Shown: positions 40,651 to 54,926, counted from the first letter of the stretch. The stretch is 64,000 nucleotides of DNA from Eledone cirrhosa (GCA_964016885.1 OZ024750.1:20522001-20586000), one strand, 5' to 3'. The notes: generated by a model not told the origin, from the sequence alone. Numbers and translations are program-made.

Positions 40651-43600
40651 TCTCCCGGATATCCATGCACCATATATTGCTGTTGTCGAGTGCTAAAATG
40701 CGAGCTTTTATTTCACAACCTATAATTTATTTGCTCGAAGAGATTAGTTTATAAATACTTTCATTAAACATTTGATTGATATCAATCATGAAAACAGCGT
40801 ATGTATAATATAGTAAAACTATGTAAAATCCTTTCTGAAATAATCGAGGTGATTTAACACTTTTCATACCAAATCACCTGGTATGTTGCATGGTTCTACG
40901 ATACAAATCTCTTCATTAAAATATATTTATATTCATCTAAATTCTTCAGCTTAATTTTATGGAAAAACTATGTTACGTCTAGTTCCAGACAACAGTTTAA
41001 TACTAAGAAATTAAATATTACTAAAACACTCCAAATTCCTGAATATTCGTAATATTATTAGAAAATTATTGGCAGTAATTTTCATTAGGTATATGATAAG
41101 GAATGGGTTAATCATGCTTTTGAGAATAAGTTTTCAGTTTTTGTTTTCGACAACGATTGTAGATATATATCAATTAAAAGCAACGATGTCATATTTTAGT
41201 ACAAACCCAGTCTCAATGGCTGTCAATTGATGCATAGTGTACACAAACATTGACCATACTCAAAGTGCATTTCATAATTAAAGAATGGTTCGCTGGTTTG
41301 GAGTCAGGTGTCAGTACTTCATGTGGTACATCGATATAAAACTGTTAAATTTCGGATATTTGATGAAATGCTGTTATGACCATCACGTCATAATAAACAA
41401 GTTATTATGAGAATAATTTTACGATAACCGACAATGTTTTAGATTTCATATAAATTATGTGTTGTACTTCTATATATTTATTGCCGTCTATATTGTAAAT
41501 ATGGCGATGAAATGGCAGTCTTCATGATGTGGAATATAGAATGATCTGCAGTATTCGTTCTAACTTTCTACCGCCTAAGTTCAAATCATTTCAGGAACAT
41601 GTTTCTCTGTATCTACACCCCAATCGCAATTAAGGGATCGTGGTTGCGTAGATATCATATATCACTAGAAATAGATTTATTATTGAATGGTTGATTTGCA
41701 TTAAATCTCATATATAATGAACTATGGGTTACTGAGAGCTGACAACAATATTGAATGCAAGATGAGAAGGATATCAACTTAGAACTAAATCTTGCATGCA
41801 TTATGCCATTGTGCTTCTACAAAATTTTGCTCTAAAAAAACAGGCACAAATTACCCCTTTGTGTACAACTATTCTTATGTACATATGTTTCGAAAACGTG
41901 TGCCCTATTATCTGTTGATATTCAGATCTGACTATATTTCAGTACCATTTCTGTTCCTGGTGACATTAAAAATGTACAATAATCGGATTTATAGCCCTAT
42001 TTTTAGAAGCATCCATTGAGTGTGTTTAAAATATTCCATTTGAAATTATTATTTCCAACTAGGTAACTATTCTTCCCAAACACTTTTACTCATATATAAT
42101 ATGTCTGTCTATAATTCCAGCTCAACATTATTTATATTATATAATTATGGCAGTGATTCTACCTTGCGCTAAATAAGCCAAATTTGTTTTTATTATTAAC
42201 ATTAAGTAGTGATATTTGTGGATCGGCATAGTCCTTTGCCTAGGCAATTGACATCAGCAGATATTTTTATCGTTGTAATAATCTATGCTGCAGTTCGAAA
42301 CTGTTATTCAGCTTGAAAATTACTTCACATCCTGGTTCAGAACTTTTTGGCGGGTTCCAATTCCTGCCATCAACGGAAAAGTGTGCTCGTGAAACTAACT
42401 TACACGTATTGTGATTTTGAAGTCTTGAAATAATATTTCGAGTCTGGCGGTCATTCAAATAAATAAATGAAAAAATATATGTGTGTGTGTGTTTGTTTTT
42501 TGTGTATGTGACTGTGTGTCTGCTTATATATGTAGTTTGTATTGCTAAATAATTCGCTATATTTATAACAAAAATGTTGTTGGTTTTGAATAACACATCG
42601 ATGAATAATCAACTGATATAAAGACGTAGCAATAAGCGTAGAAAATACACAATATATGTTATTGAATGTAGTAAATAAAGTCATTTTAGATTTAGAGAGG
42701 GTGGAACAAAATGGTGATAGATATTTAATTCTCACTCTGTGTTTTATCTACACATTTATTTTTCTATCATCCATCCATCCTTATCTCCCTCTCTCTCACG
42801 TACACACACACACACACTGACTTTGTTTAGAAACGGCTAGCAAATTTAGAAATTAGCTATAGCATGTACATAGAATTAGTCTGTTAGTTGAGATTTAAAA
42901 AAAAAACTCTGAATGAAAAGAAGAATGAGTATTGACGTAGATGGGAAACGGACCCACATCTGTTTACATTATACATATATATATATCTTGAAATTTGCAA
43001 ACATGACTGTCACCAGACAATATGAACCTGAAGATTACTAAAGCATGAAAGTATTGTTCAATTAACACTTAACATTTAATATTCTACCATACTATTTCAT
43101 TCTAATACCATTATAAATTTTAAAGGATTGTAAATAAAACGAGTAAATCAGACAAAGTTGGAATTCCTTTTATTAATATAATGTTCTATACACAATCATA
43201 CACACCCGTGTATATATATATATATATATATATTGAATAAGGGACCAATGGTGTAGGGGGAAAAACTTCATTTTAGTTTGTTTTACTTACGTTTCAAGAA
43301 TAATACGAAACATCAAATGCGAGTTATAGATTCATTTGTGTTTAAAGTGAAAATATCTGAAAAAATTTGTCATTTCAATTTATAGATGTATTTGCTATAA
43401 AAACAAATGTATATTTCTTAACACATATTTCTTAAATTTTACATGTAGGGATAGCAAATAGAACCACTTACTTTTCCTATACTATTGCTACAATTTGAAT
43501 TTACCCTTCCGAATTTTACCATGTACGTATATTCTGTGCACAATTGTTAATAACACATTGTAATTTGTATTTTCTTGTCATTTAATAATAAATTAGATAT

Positions 43601-43989
43601 TTCTAATTATAAAATTTGTTCATATGAAAATAAATCCTGCGGTGAGGAATGACATTGAGTTTACACAGAACGTTTCCTCTGGTCTACACAGCTGGGTATG
43701 CAGTGCTCGTGGAAGACAAGAAGACGCTTATGCTTGGCAGTTCCACTCACCACAATATAGATGTTGCCCAAAGGAAACACAGACCCTGAAAATATTTGAG
43801 ACAAATGGCGCCAAGACAAAATTCTAAGTTGAGTGAAATAAAGAAACGTACAATAAAGACATCCACTTAGGGAGATAAAACGGACAGGCCTGTTCGAAAA
43901 TCGAACTCACCAACTCATGATTTTGAAATCAAAGCCCTCACCACTAATTTATACGTTTAAATATACATATGTATATCGATGAATATATC

Positions 43990-44035
<46 letters not shown>

Positions 44036-44149
44036 TTGTGTGAGTGTGTGTATATACATACATATATATATATGTGCATATATATACATATTTACATGTA
44101 TTTATATATAAGTATATATGTATGTGTGTTTATTTTATATCTATCTATC

Positions 44150-44181
<32 letters not shown>

Positions 44182-44654
44182 GGTGGGGTGTAGATATAGG
44201 TGTTTATTTATTTTCTCACATTCTATAAGGATACACCTATGGAAAAAGACAATTTTTTCTGATATCTGCCTATAAGTTTAATCTATACACATGCTGACGG
44301 AAGCCGATATTCCACACAAAAAGAAGGAAACTAAGCCAAGGAAATATATTGGAATTAAAATACACACCATACTTACATACTTGTATATATATATATATAT
44401 ATTATATATATATATATGTGTGTGTGTGTGTATATATTTTTTCGGTATAATTTCCTTGGCTTATTTTCATTTCATTGGTGAAAATATTATATTAACGTAT
44501 CTAGAATATTTGCGAAGTCACAGTCATATATACACTCACACACACACACGCACCTAAATATATATATATGTCGGATGTGTGTGTGAGTGTATATATACAT
44601 ATATATGTATATATACATATATATATATGTGTGTGTGTATGTATATGCATATAT

Positions 44655-44730
44655 GTGTGGATATGTGTATTGTATGATTATATATATATATATAAATATA
44701 TATATAATCATACAATACACATATCCACAC
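44655..44730. repeat. short palindrome with a (TA)n core
   Basis: gtgtggatatgtgtattgtatgatta…taatcatacaatacacatatccacac. Confidence 0.85.
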
Positions 44731-45299
44731 GTAATTTATACAGATGATTTATACATTCCGGGTATAATAAACACATACTATTATATATGTATATATAATA
44801 CATACATTTAGAACGCTTTCATATAAGACACACATACACACATACTCGCATACACACACACATACACACGTCCAAACACACACATATACATACACACGCA
44901 CACATCCGCACACAATCAAACACACACACCACACTGATACATACACACACAGCATGAGTTTTTTCAAAAGAAACATAATCAAAACTTCTATTGAAATCTC
45001 GTACTATGTGAACAATAACTTACTTCCTCTATTACTATAATGAATAATGTTACTGTCATATAGAAGACAGATAATGTTATTCTACGGGCAGCTCTTTAAA
45101 CTATTTCGATTGTCTACTAAGATATTTCATCTCCCATCATATCTAATAGAATTTTCTATTTCAAAATCAATCTCATTTTTTTTTTCTTAAATTCATTGAA
45201 TTTACACAATTTCTACATGATATGCCTATCTGAACAGTATGAAACCTAAGGTAGATACTCGAAGTAAAATCAGCAGTGCGTAGTTTCTTCTCAGATAAT

Positions 45300-45540
45300 T
45301 TATAATATAATATAATATAATATAATATAATATAATATAATATAATATAATATCATATAATATCATATAATATAACATAATATAATATAGAATTAAATAG
45401 TATAATATAGAATTAAATAGTATAATATAAATTAATATCAATGTAATACAATAGCAATGTAATACATTATAATATAATATAATACAATATAGAATTAAAT
45501 AATATAATATAATAAAACAGTATAATACAATAAAATATGA
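45300..45540. repeat. (TATAA)n pentanucleotide satellite
   Basis: Direct reading. Confidence 0.9.
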
Positions 45541-46291
45541 ACGTGAAAAATTATAAAAATATTCACACATACATTCTTACATGCATATATATATATATAT
45601 ATACGTATGTGTTTGTGTGTGTTTACAGTGTGAGTGCGCATGCGCGCGTGTGGGTATTGTTCTTCTGTTCCTATTACAATATATGCACCTGCTTAGTAAA
45701 TTAATTCCAAAGAAAGTTACAAGAGAAAATTTACAAAAGACATTTTAAAAACCATCACCTCGATGTGATTTGGTTGGCTGGTGTCTCCAGCAACTAAAAT
45801 ACAAGTATATGTTGAAAATTATATGTATTGATTAGAATGAAAGGTTCTCCGTTGGATTCGCAGATGAGCATTCAGACATGCAATCTAGTGAACGTCTAAT
45901 GCCTGTACCGTGAACATAATTTCCAAACCAAATCAGTCACAACATATATAACTAGACCATTACATTGAAGGTAAACCCTCATCTTGTATTATAGTGTCAG
46001 TGTTTAATAATCCCACAAACACGTCTATATTTAAAGACGACCTGCATGTATGAAAAGAACTGCTGGAAGTATGCAAAAGTTTAACATGATGTGTTGGGAA
46101 CGTATATGCACACATATATATATACAATCAAATTATAAACGTAAACATGTAAGTATGTTTGTGAAACGGTGCGCGAGTTTGAAATTAGAAATTAGAAATT
46201 ATAAGCTTTCACCGTATTTTAGACTAAAGAAATTTCTAGCCTGATAGTGGGGTTTATAACCCTCGGAGAAATGGAAAAAGATGAGTGTTGC

Positions 46292-46376
<85 letters not shown>

Positions 46377-46377
46377 C

Positions 46378-46548
46378 AAAGTGAAAAACATAAAATATAA
46401 CTACTCCATTACCAAAGGTTTCTGGATCACAGACGATAATAATATACGCCTGGATCGGTCGTTAGACAGAGATGTTGACCGATCCAGACGTATATTATTA
46501 TCGTCTGGATCGGTCAACATCGTAGTTATATTTTGTGTTGTTCACTTT
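46378..46548 (-). mobile_element. fold-back element of the same family as 39307, with nested hairpins and a degenerate HHR at 46404-46471
   Basis: 27-bp outer inverted repeats. Minus strand: cucugu-CUAACGA-ccgauccaggcg…cgucugugaucca-GAAA-CC(UUU)GG-UA-auggag. Confidence 0.72.
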
Positions 46549-46628
46549 CTAATTAAATAGCTCTGTTCTATACATAGAGCACTCTTTTATCCTTTGCTTT
46601 CCCTTCGGAAATACCTAACACACACATA

Positions 46629-46680
<52 letters not shown>

Positions 46681-46701
<21 letters not shown>

Positions 46702-47144
46702 CGATAAATTAACGGAGGCATAGGCCCTCGCTATTCCCTGTAAATAATGTGCTCAAAGGAGAAGAGATCCTGAGCTCTTCAAAATGCAATATGTTGAAAA
46801 GGTCACACACGAGAGAAAGAGATATACAGTGCGTTATCAATAGAACAGGGGAAAAAAAACACCAGTGTATGGGATCTATGACCTATGAAAGGCAGACTAT
46901 AGACACGATAATTAAAAATATAAATTAAGGCGTAAATAAATACCTCTATAACTATATAACACACGTACAAATCCAAAGACACTAATCCAAAGATATGTTT
47001 CACCAATAATTTGTTGAAAGAAATGGGTTAGCCTCGGTTCATCAGCGTGTGTAAGGCTATACATTTCAGACAACACTTTCTTTTCCCTGTTTTATTGAAA
47101 CGCACTGTATATCACTCTCTCTGGTGTGTTACCTTTTTCAACAT

Positions 47145-47150
<6 letters not shown>
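46681..47150. mobile_element. fold-back element with ~75-bp imperfect inverted arms (~46785-46860 / ~47075-47150) between (TA)n tracts
   Basis: caatatgttgaaaaggt…gatatacagtgcgttatcaatagaacaggg versus ccctgttttattgaaacgcactgtatatc…acctttttcaacatattg. Confidence 0.7.
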
Positions 47151-47223
<73 letters not shown>

Positions 47224-47689
47224 ATGGTTGGGTGTGTCTGTGTTTGTGTGTGTTAAAGTTTTTAAATATTAAATATATGCTTACACCATAGACATAGACA
47301 AACACACCCAATGTATACGAGCATATACACGTACACACAGACACACAAACACACATGTATATATGTGTGTGTGTATGTGTGTGTATATATATATATATAT
47401 ATATGTGTATGTGTGTGTGTACATGTATATGTGTATGTATGTATAGATGCATACATTGAGTGTATATATATATATATATGTATATACATACATATATATA
47501 TGTATAATATGAATAATGTTTTACACAATTATCTTGTATGTGCGTCCACAGACTAGGGGGTCTAGTTATTGCCGCCATCGTATATTGGAGTAGGTTTTTC
47601 CAAATTGACCCCTCATTAGCCACGAGGTAAATATACGCGAAGTTACTTCGACTGGGATTTCTCAAATAAATAATGGAGAGAACTATAAT

Positions 47690-47877
47690 TGTTTCTACGT
47701 TAGGCACAAGGCCAGCAATTACCCAGTGCATTACTGGTACTTTATTTTATCGACCCCGTAAGGATGAAAGACAAAGACAACCTCGGCGGGATTTGAACTC
47801 AGATCGTAAAGGGACGTAACTATGCTGGAAAGCATGGCGTCCGACCCTCTACCGATACTGCCAATCCACCGCCCTCA
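47690..47877 (-). mobile_element. tRNA-derived SINE with 14-bp target site duplication
   Basis: A-box-like tggcagtatcgg and B-box gagttcaaatccc. TSD gagagaactataat at 47676-47689 and 47878-47891. Confidence 0.9.
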
Positions 47878-48444
47878 GAGAGAACTATAATGGAAACAAG
47901 GGAGATAATTCTGGTGTGTTGAAACTGTCAGCCGTATTTTATCTTTGTTTAATTTAAGATGCGTCCTAAGTATCTAAAATATTTGATTCTCTCGACTGTG
48001 TCTGGGGAAATCAAGGGAGGTAACGAAGGGGTTGCTAATGTCCTGATGATTCTGTAAATGTACAGACAAACATGACACTACTTAGCCACAATAAACAATA
48101 TGTTATCCCTTCTTAGACATTGTGTATTCATTTTCAGCGTCTATAAGCGTCTGTGTGTCTGTGTTGAATCATGTATAAAACTCATGACTTAAACAGCAAT
48201 AATATTGCGGCCTATTGCGGTAGTGTATTTGCATTGAAATGCCTTTATAGTTATTATCTAATGCGTCTGTAATGTTTTCTTTCTCAAGTTGTTTACCTAT
48301 ATTTTTTTTATTCCTGTGTTGGGTATTTTGTCTGTTTCATTCGCTGTCAGTTATTTGCCTGTCTATGTTTGGTCTCTTTCTTTTATCTCTATATGTATAT
48401 TAGCTTAGTTCTTATCATCATCGATGTTGTGATTATGATTATGA

Positions 48445-48477
<33 letters not shown>

Positions 48478-48486
48478 AAATCATCA

Positions 48487-48548
<62 letters not shown>

Positions 48549-48587
48549 ATATATATACAGATAGATAGATAGAGCTATAAATACACA

Positions 48588-48639
<52 letters not shown>

Positions 48640-48704
48640 ACAAAACCAATGTTTAGACATAATAAAAAATATATATATATATATATATAATAATTATTAT
48701 ATTA

Positions 48705-48872
48705 CCAGCAGTATCGGCAGAGGGTCGGACCCCATGCTTTTGCACATACATTCTGAGTTCAAATCCCGCTGTGGTTAACTTTGCCTTTCATCGACAGGGG
48801 GGGTCGATATTATAAAGTACCAGTAATCCACTGATAATTGCTGGCCTTGTGCCAAAGTAGAAACAATTATAT
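48705..48872 (+). mobile_element. SINE, same family
   Basis: cagtatcggcagagggtcggac…gagttcaaatcccgc…aattgctggccttgtgcc. Confidence 0.8.
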
Positions 48873-49117
48873 TACATTGGAAGTAAAGGATGTCATGAAT
48901 GATATCAAAATAAAACATATGTCTCTCTCTATATATATTGTTTTTAGAGAAAAACGAGGAGGTTTCGATTACATGTTCTTCTACTTTTATTGAGGATCGA
49001 CCTGTTACGAGCATTTCGCTGATGATTGGCTGAAAGTAACCTATTGACGGTACGGAACCGAGTCCTGCATCGACCTGTTAGTCAAACTGATGAGTCAACA
49101 AGCAATTAAAGTGTCCT

Positions 49118-49170
<53 letters not shown>

Positions 49171-49172
<2 letters not shown>

Positions 49173-49369
49173 GAAAAGAGTTAGGATCTCGGAGGCTGAC
49201 CTCCGGCCGTTTCGACAGATAGATCCGAACAGATCGGATCTAGCTGTCGAAACGGCCGGAGCTCAGCCATCGGGTTCCTGACTCTTTTCCTATTACCAAC
49301 TCTACTACCCTGAGCATCGAGTGGTGTAGTGCGTTATGGTCCACCTGGTTCCTTACAGCACTTTCTTTG

Positions 49370-49372
<3 letters not shown>
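49171..49372 (+). mobile_element. short fold-back element, family A (palindrome 49172-49290 + tail), in (TA)n
   Basis: ~57-bp arms around loop acaga. Each arm carries a 3' half of an HHR (gucGAAAC-GGC…GCC-RUC). Tail gcgttatggtccacctggttccttac. Confidence 0.85.
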
Positions 49373-49427
<55 letters not shown>

Positions 49428-49731
49428 ATATATATGGATGTGTATGTGTGGGCGTTTCAATTGCAGAATTGATGCAGCTGTAAAGTTACTAATATATCCT
49501 GTACATACCTCAATTGCCATCATAAACTATACACTTCAGTGCACAGCTGTGACATGAAAGTCGCAAGCGCGCACTCACGTAGACTCACGGACACAAATAC
49601 ACAAGCAGTCCCACGAAAATACCAATAGAAACATCTCTACCTGTCTAACGGCCTGCCAACTTTACTTTCCCTCTACCAAATACACTTCTTAATGCTTCCC
49701 TTTCTTCATTGTAACTCCCTCTTTGTCTCTC

Positions 49732-49773
<42 letters not shown>

Positions 49774-49780
49774 AGTGTGA

Positions 49781-49854
<74 letters not shown>

Positions 49855-49892
49855 GCGTGTGTTTGTGTGAATATATATATATATATATATAT

Positions 49893-50047
49893 GTAACGAA
49901 GGTGTTGTGGTAAGGAACCGGATGGACCGTAACGCACCAGGGTACTCAATACTTAGAATAGTAGAGTGGGTAATAGGAAAATGTATGACCCTGACGGCAG
50001 TAATAGCCGTCAAAACGGCTTGAGCTCGGGGGTCATACATGTTCCTG
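49893..50047 (-). mobile_element. family A element
   Basis: Same tail on the minus strand. Hairpin aggaaaatgtatgacc…ggtcatacatgttcct encloses ctgacggc(agtaata)gccgtc-aaaacggcttgagctc. Confidence 0.8.
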
Positions 50048-50054
50048 TATATAC

Positions 50055-50088
<34 letters not shown>

Positions 50089-50352
50089 TGAAAGAAAGAA
50101 AGAAAGAAAGAAACAAATAAACAAGGAAATAACGAAATGGACAAAAGATAATCTGATAGGTAGCCAGATACGCAAATGCATACATACACACACACACACA
50201 CACATATAGTTATATAGACATATACGTGTGTGTGTGTGTTTCTGTCTGTTTGTGTGATTGTGGGTATTCGTGTGTGTCTCCGTGTAGGGGTCTCTCTGTA
50301 TGTGTCCGTATGTATGTACGTATGCATATATATGTATATATGTATGTACGTA

Positions 50353-50393
<41 letters not shown>

Positions 50394-50408
50394 TTATGTA
50401 TGTACGTA

Positions 50409-50466
<58 letters not shown>

Positions 50467-50494
50467 CGTATGCATATATATATATATATATGTA

Positions 50495-50525
<31 letters not shown>

Positions 50526-50530
50526 CTATA

Positions 50531-50622
<92 letters not shown>

Positions 50623-51346
50623 CCACTAAAGAGCCAGTAAACCACTAAACCGATTCGATGGAAAAAAATAGATTGATTGCCCAACACGGTACTACACAAC
50701 AACTGAACGTCTATATTCATTGAACTGGTATGAGTAATTAAAACATTTATGTAAGTTTCATATAAGATAACTTGTCTTTTCACTCGATTGGAAGTATGAT
50801 GAATTTCCTAAATCACCTTGTCATAAGAATGGGAAATATTTACGCCATAAATTTAATATCTATTTATTATATAAATTATGTATGAATGTCTAAAATGTAG
50901 ACGTTTAATTTGTTTTGATTGGTAGAATATTACACGCCATTAAGGTTATTAAAGTCACAACACAACATCGACTTAATATTGCTGTGTATTTACTTTTCAT
51001 TTTTTTCTCTATATATATTTAAAGATTGGTGGTTGGTGTTGGTGCTTAGCGTTGGTGTTAGTGGTTGGTGTAGGTGGTTGGTGTTGATGTTCTCGTATAT
51101 TGCTATTGGTCTCTCTGAACAAGCGAAGGTTAGCAACGCTGTGACAGATGCTACTCTTTTGAAATTATTCTGAGAAAAACAAATTTTAGAATGTCAGACA
51201 TAACGTATAAATAACCAGTATATATGTAAGTATATATATATATATATATATATATATACGTGTGTGTATTTATATATATTTATATATCTATATATATATA
51301 TATATGTGTGTGTGTATATTTATATATACATATTTATATTTACATA

Positions 51347-51379
<33 letters not shown>

Positions 51380-52631
51380 TACAGGAAATACAGGATTTTG
51401 TTACATGTTTACAAGGGAATAGGAGCCAAATGAGTGACTGATTGACACTGGTTAGTCCCAACCTCTTGTGTTCACGGCTTCATCTTAGTCGACATTCAGA
51501 TTATCGGAAATCCGATAATCTTTTACAGTTGAGGGAAATATAATTACACGACTCTTTACACGGTCTGCGAATTCTAACTGATGAGTACCAAAGGTGTGTT
51601 TTTACTGCACAGTTATCAAAGAATCAACGAATGAACCCACCATTTATCTGATACATTTAACAAAGTTTTATGTGAGAGACGTTTAACATGATTTCAATAA
51701 AACAACATTTGAGACATTTGTGTTGATAAATCCCTTAAAATGTACAATTATTTTCAAAATCAATTCAAAACTATTGGTACGGATTTTCATATTAAGTATT
51801 GCAATTTGACGGAAGAAGTGTGGCGAACATCTGTAGCCGTATTTGAACTCATATTTTGATATGTAAGGCTATAAGTAATGTTATAAGTAATGCTATGTAA
51901 TGCTATAAGTACTTTCATATGGAAACTAATTGCTCTTAACTCAATAACCATATTTACACAATAAGTATTTAAAGTATGAGATTGCACGCTTGAATGATAT
52001 ATTAAAGACAGTAGAAAAAAAGAACGTGATATTTAAAGAAAATATTAAACATTATATATATATATGTGTGTGTCTGTGTGTTAGTGTGTGTGTGTGTATA
52101 GCCATATACAGAAACATTGCCATCAAAGAAAATGGTTTAATTCTATAGACATCTTAAGGAGATATCAAAACATCTTACACATGAAAAGCAGAGAAATATA
52201 TTGAATACTGCTGATTAGAAATTAAATGATCAGCGAAGTTTCATTGATTGTTAATATGTGAAAAGATAACTTTGTCGAGATATAGTTTCTAAAGCTCTTT
52301 GACAAGATATTATACTAGAAATCTTTGATAAATCTTCAAACAGTTTTATTAGAAACGACACCGAAATGAGAGAGTACCATAGACACACATAAACATACTT
52401 ACAAACACGCTTCCTTTGTTGGCTCAAACACTTATCTTACTTACGTATTGAAATTTACATATGGCCAGGTATATTTTGACATGTTTACTTTTCATATTAA
52501 ATATGTATATTTTGGAAAGCATATAAGATGTATATATATACAAACATTCGTCTACATCTGTTTAGAAGTATGTAAGAGAGTATAGACAGTATATAATTGC
52601 TGGTATATTGGGAATAAACACGAAGAAAGTG

Positions 52632-52675
<44 letters not shown>

Positions 52676-52778
52676 AATGTAAATAATTTTGAAAACCAAA
52701 ACAATGCGTTAGTAAGAAATAATTTAAATTTCTGTACCCTATTCAACAATGCTTCAAGAGAGGTACAAAAGTCTGTGA

Positions 52779-52870
<92 letters not shown>

Positions 52871-52878
52871 GAGAGAGA

Positions 52879-53232
52879 AATCTACCAAAATACACGGTAG
52901 TGTCGAATCCGCATGAAGAACTCAATGTAAACCAAATATCATGAAAAGAGAAGACGCATTCAAAAATGTTCGATAAAAATCATAGGAAAACAGAGTCAAG
53001 ATAAATTAATAAAAACAATGTAATAAAAACAAAGAACAAGTTCCTTATATTAAAAAATGCATCATTTTACGATCGTTTCTAGGATGTATATGTGTTTTGG
53101 TATGTATATCATATAGATCTATGTAAACATATCACAAATTATCAGAGGAAATATACATGCCGTCCTCAGAAATATTTTTTTAATATAAGGAACTTGTACT
53201 TTGTTTTTATTCCATTGTTTTTATCAATTTAT
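52879..53232 (-). mobile_element. fold-back element: ~58-bp inverted arms (53001-53058 / 53175-53232) enclosing a hammerhead, plus tail; flanked by microsatellites
   Basis: ataaattaataaaaacaatgtaataaaaacaaagaacaagttccttatattaaaaaa versus its reverse complement, with ~3 mismatches. Confidence 0.82.
53063..53174 (-). ncRNA. type I hammerhead with intact core and ~83-nt stem II
   Basis: uauuu-CUGAGGA-cggcauguauau…auauacauccua-GAAAC-GAUC-GUA-aaaug. Stem III is palindromic (ACGAUCGU). Confidence 0.75.
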
Positions 53233-53444
53233 ATATATATATAATGCACACACACTGATACACACACACACATGTTTTATTTTATTTTTCTAATGCGTAT
53301 TCCTTGGAGGGGGGGGGGGGGGGCACGGTCCTCAAACACTAAATCCAGCGAGTACTGTTAGAAGCTACCCTAACCAACTGATCTGTTTAAATCCCCAAGC
53401 GTGATGAGCCAAGTTTATGGATATGCTATCTCAATTCGGAGATG

Positions 53445-53615
53445 TAGACGACGAATGTCTCAGTTTTCGTGGTACTGACATTCATTGCAGCCGTGGAGCA
53501 CTCGGCATCATCCCTATCCAGTGCGAGTTGGTCATTACCTTCTGTCGATTAAGTAACACCATGTCTTCTGCAAACTCCAGCCAACTGACTTTATACCTGT
53601 CAGTTACGATACCGT
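53445..53615 (-). pseudogene. RTE (Expander-like) LINE RT fragment
   Basis: VSWLEFAEDMVLL / QLALDRDDAECSTAAMNVSTTKTE resembles the FADD-containing RT region. Confidence 0.6.
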
Positions 53616-53644
53616 TTGGAACCCGGCTGCACCTGTTAGTCGAT

Positions 53645-53687
<43 letters not shown>

Positions 53688-53696
53688 GTATATATA

Positions 53697-53745
<49 letters not shown>

Positions 53746-53940
53746 GTATATATTTATGTATAAAGCTGCACACTTAGAAGCCGAAGTAGATGATATGTAA
53801 CCAAGAATGCGTGAATATGTATATACTCCTTTTCTATTATATAGTTATCTAAATATACCTGAAATGCCAATTATTTTCCTGACAATTGATAAACTCTATC
53901 ATTTTCAGGAATATAATTTAATATCTTGAAAAATTATAGT

Positions 53941-53975
53941 GGTCTGAGGGGATTTGGTATCGAAACGTTGAACTC
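53941..53975 (+). ncRNA. degenerate minimal hammerhead-like motif
   Basis: CUGAGGG-gau(uuggu)auc-GAAAC-GUU. Palindromic ACGU stem III, but A9>G and a poor stem I. Confidence 0.42.
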
Positions 53976-54926
53976 ATTCATTGCTTTATTTCTAAACAAA
54001 GTCATTGCCTATATTTAAATTCATGACAGAAGTTTTGTATTGTAAAATTGGGGACAATTTAATTCAATTTAAAATGAAATGGGTTAATACAAATATGAAG
54101 AATAGTAATAAACCTAACGAGATATTGATTACAAATTTTATAGCAATAACTTTATATAACCAGGTTTTGTAAAACTGTTGTATTTTCTTTTTAACACATT
54201 ATTCACCCGCTTGCTTATAAACATATATTGATCAAACAGTGTAGGATTTGTGATATGAGATATATTTTCAAACATTATAAAATCATTAATAACATTACAT
54301 TATGTTTTTTTTTTATATTTTATAATCTAATGCTTTTAAGATATAATTAATCTCTTTGATCGTACTGAAATAAGTTAAAATCTCTTTCCCCTTTAGACAT
54401 GGATGACAATTATGAATTATTCTCTTCTTCTTACCTTCGGAAATAAAATATTGAATGATTAAATATAAAATCTTGCCCATAAATTTTGATAAAGTATTTA
54501 ACACTGATAACGCCGACTAAAACTTATCGTGTGTGCCGGCAATAATAGCGAGAGGTTAAGCATTAGTTCATTACGCACACTTATGCGCATGCGCATATAC
54601 TCTCACACATACATGCATACACACACACATACACATTTAATATATATATATATATACACATATATATATATATATAGACACATACAAAATTGCGTCCGTA
54701 GGCGGTATGCCGGTCGAGCACTCGATGCTCGCGTAGAACAGAGTATGATAGTATAATAATAGAGGAACAAAGAATCAGTTTTGCATCATAACATATTTGA
54801 TTAAATATTGCATATGTTTCACTGTCGATCAGCTCGAGGATCGATCTATTATTGACCGAACCAGAATCTGGATTCGAACGATCCTCTGATATGCCACAGT
54901 ATGTAAGCACGTATCGGATGTTGTGC

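Noticed and set aside
40855-41111. TTAA-bounded segment resembling a piggyBac-type MITE
   Set aside because: The terminal inverted repeats are too degenerate to call.
49020-49105. Two ctgatga motifs
   Set aside because: No supporting helices.
51495-51600. 10-bp hairpin gattatcgga/tccgataatc and a nearby ctgatgagtacc
   Set aside because: Neither has both HHR core halves in register.
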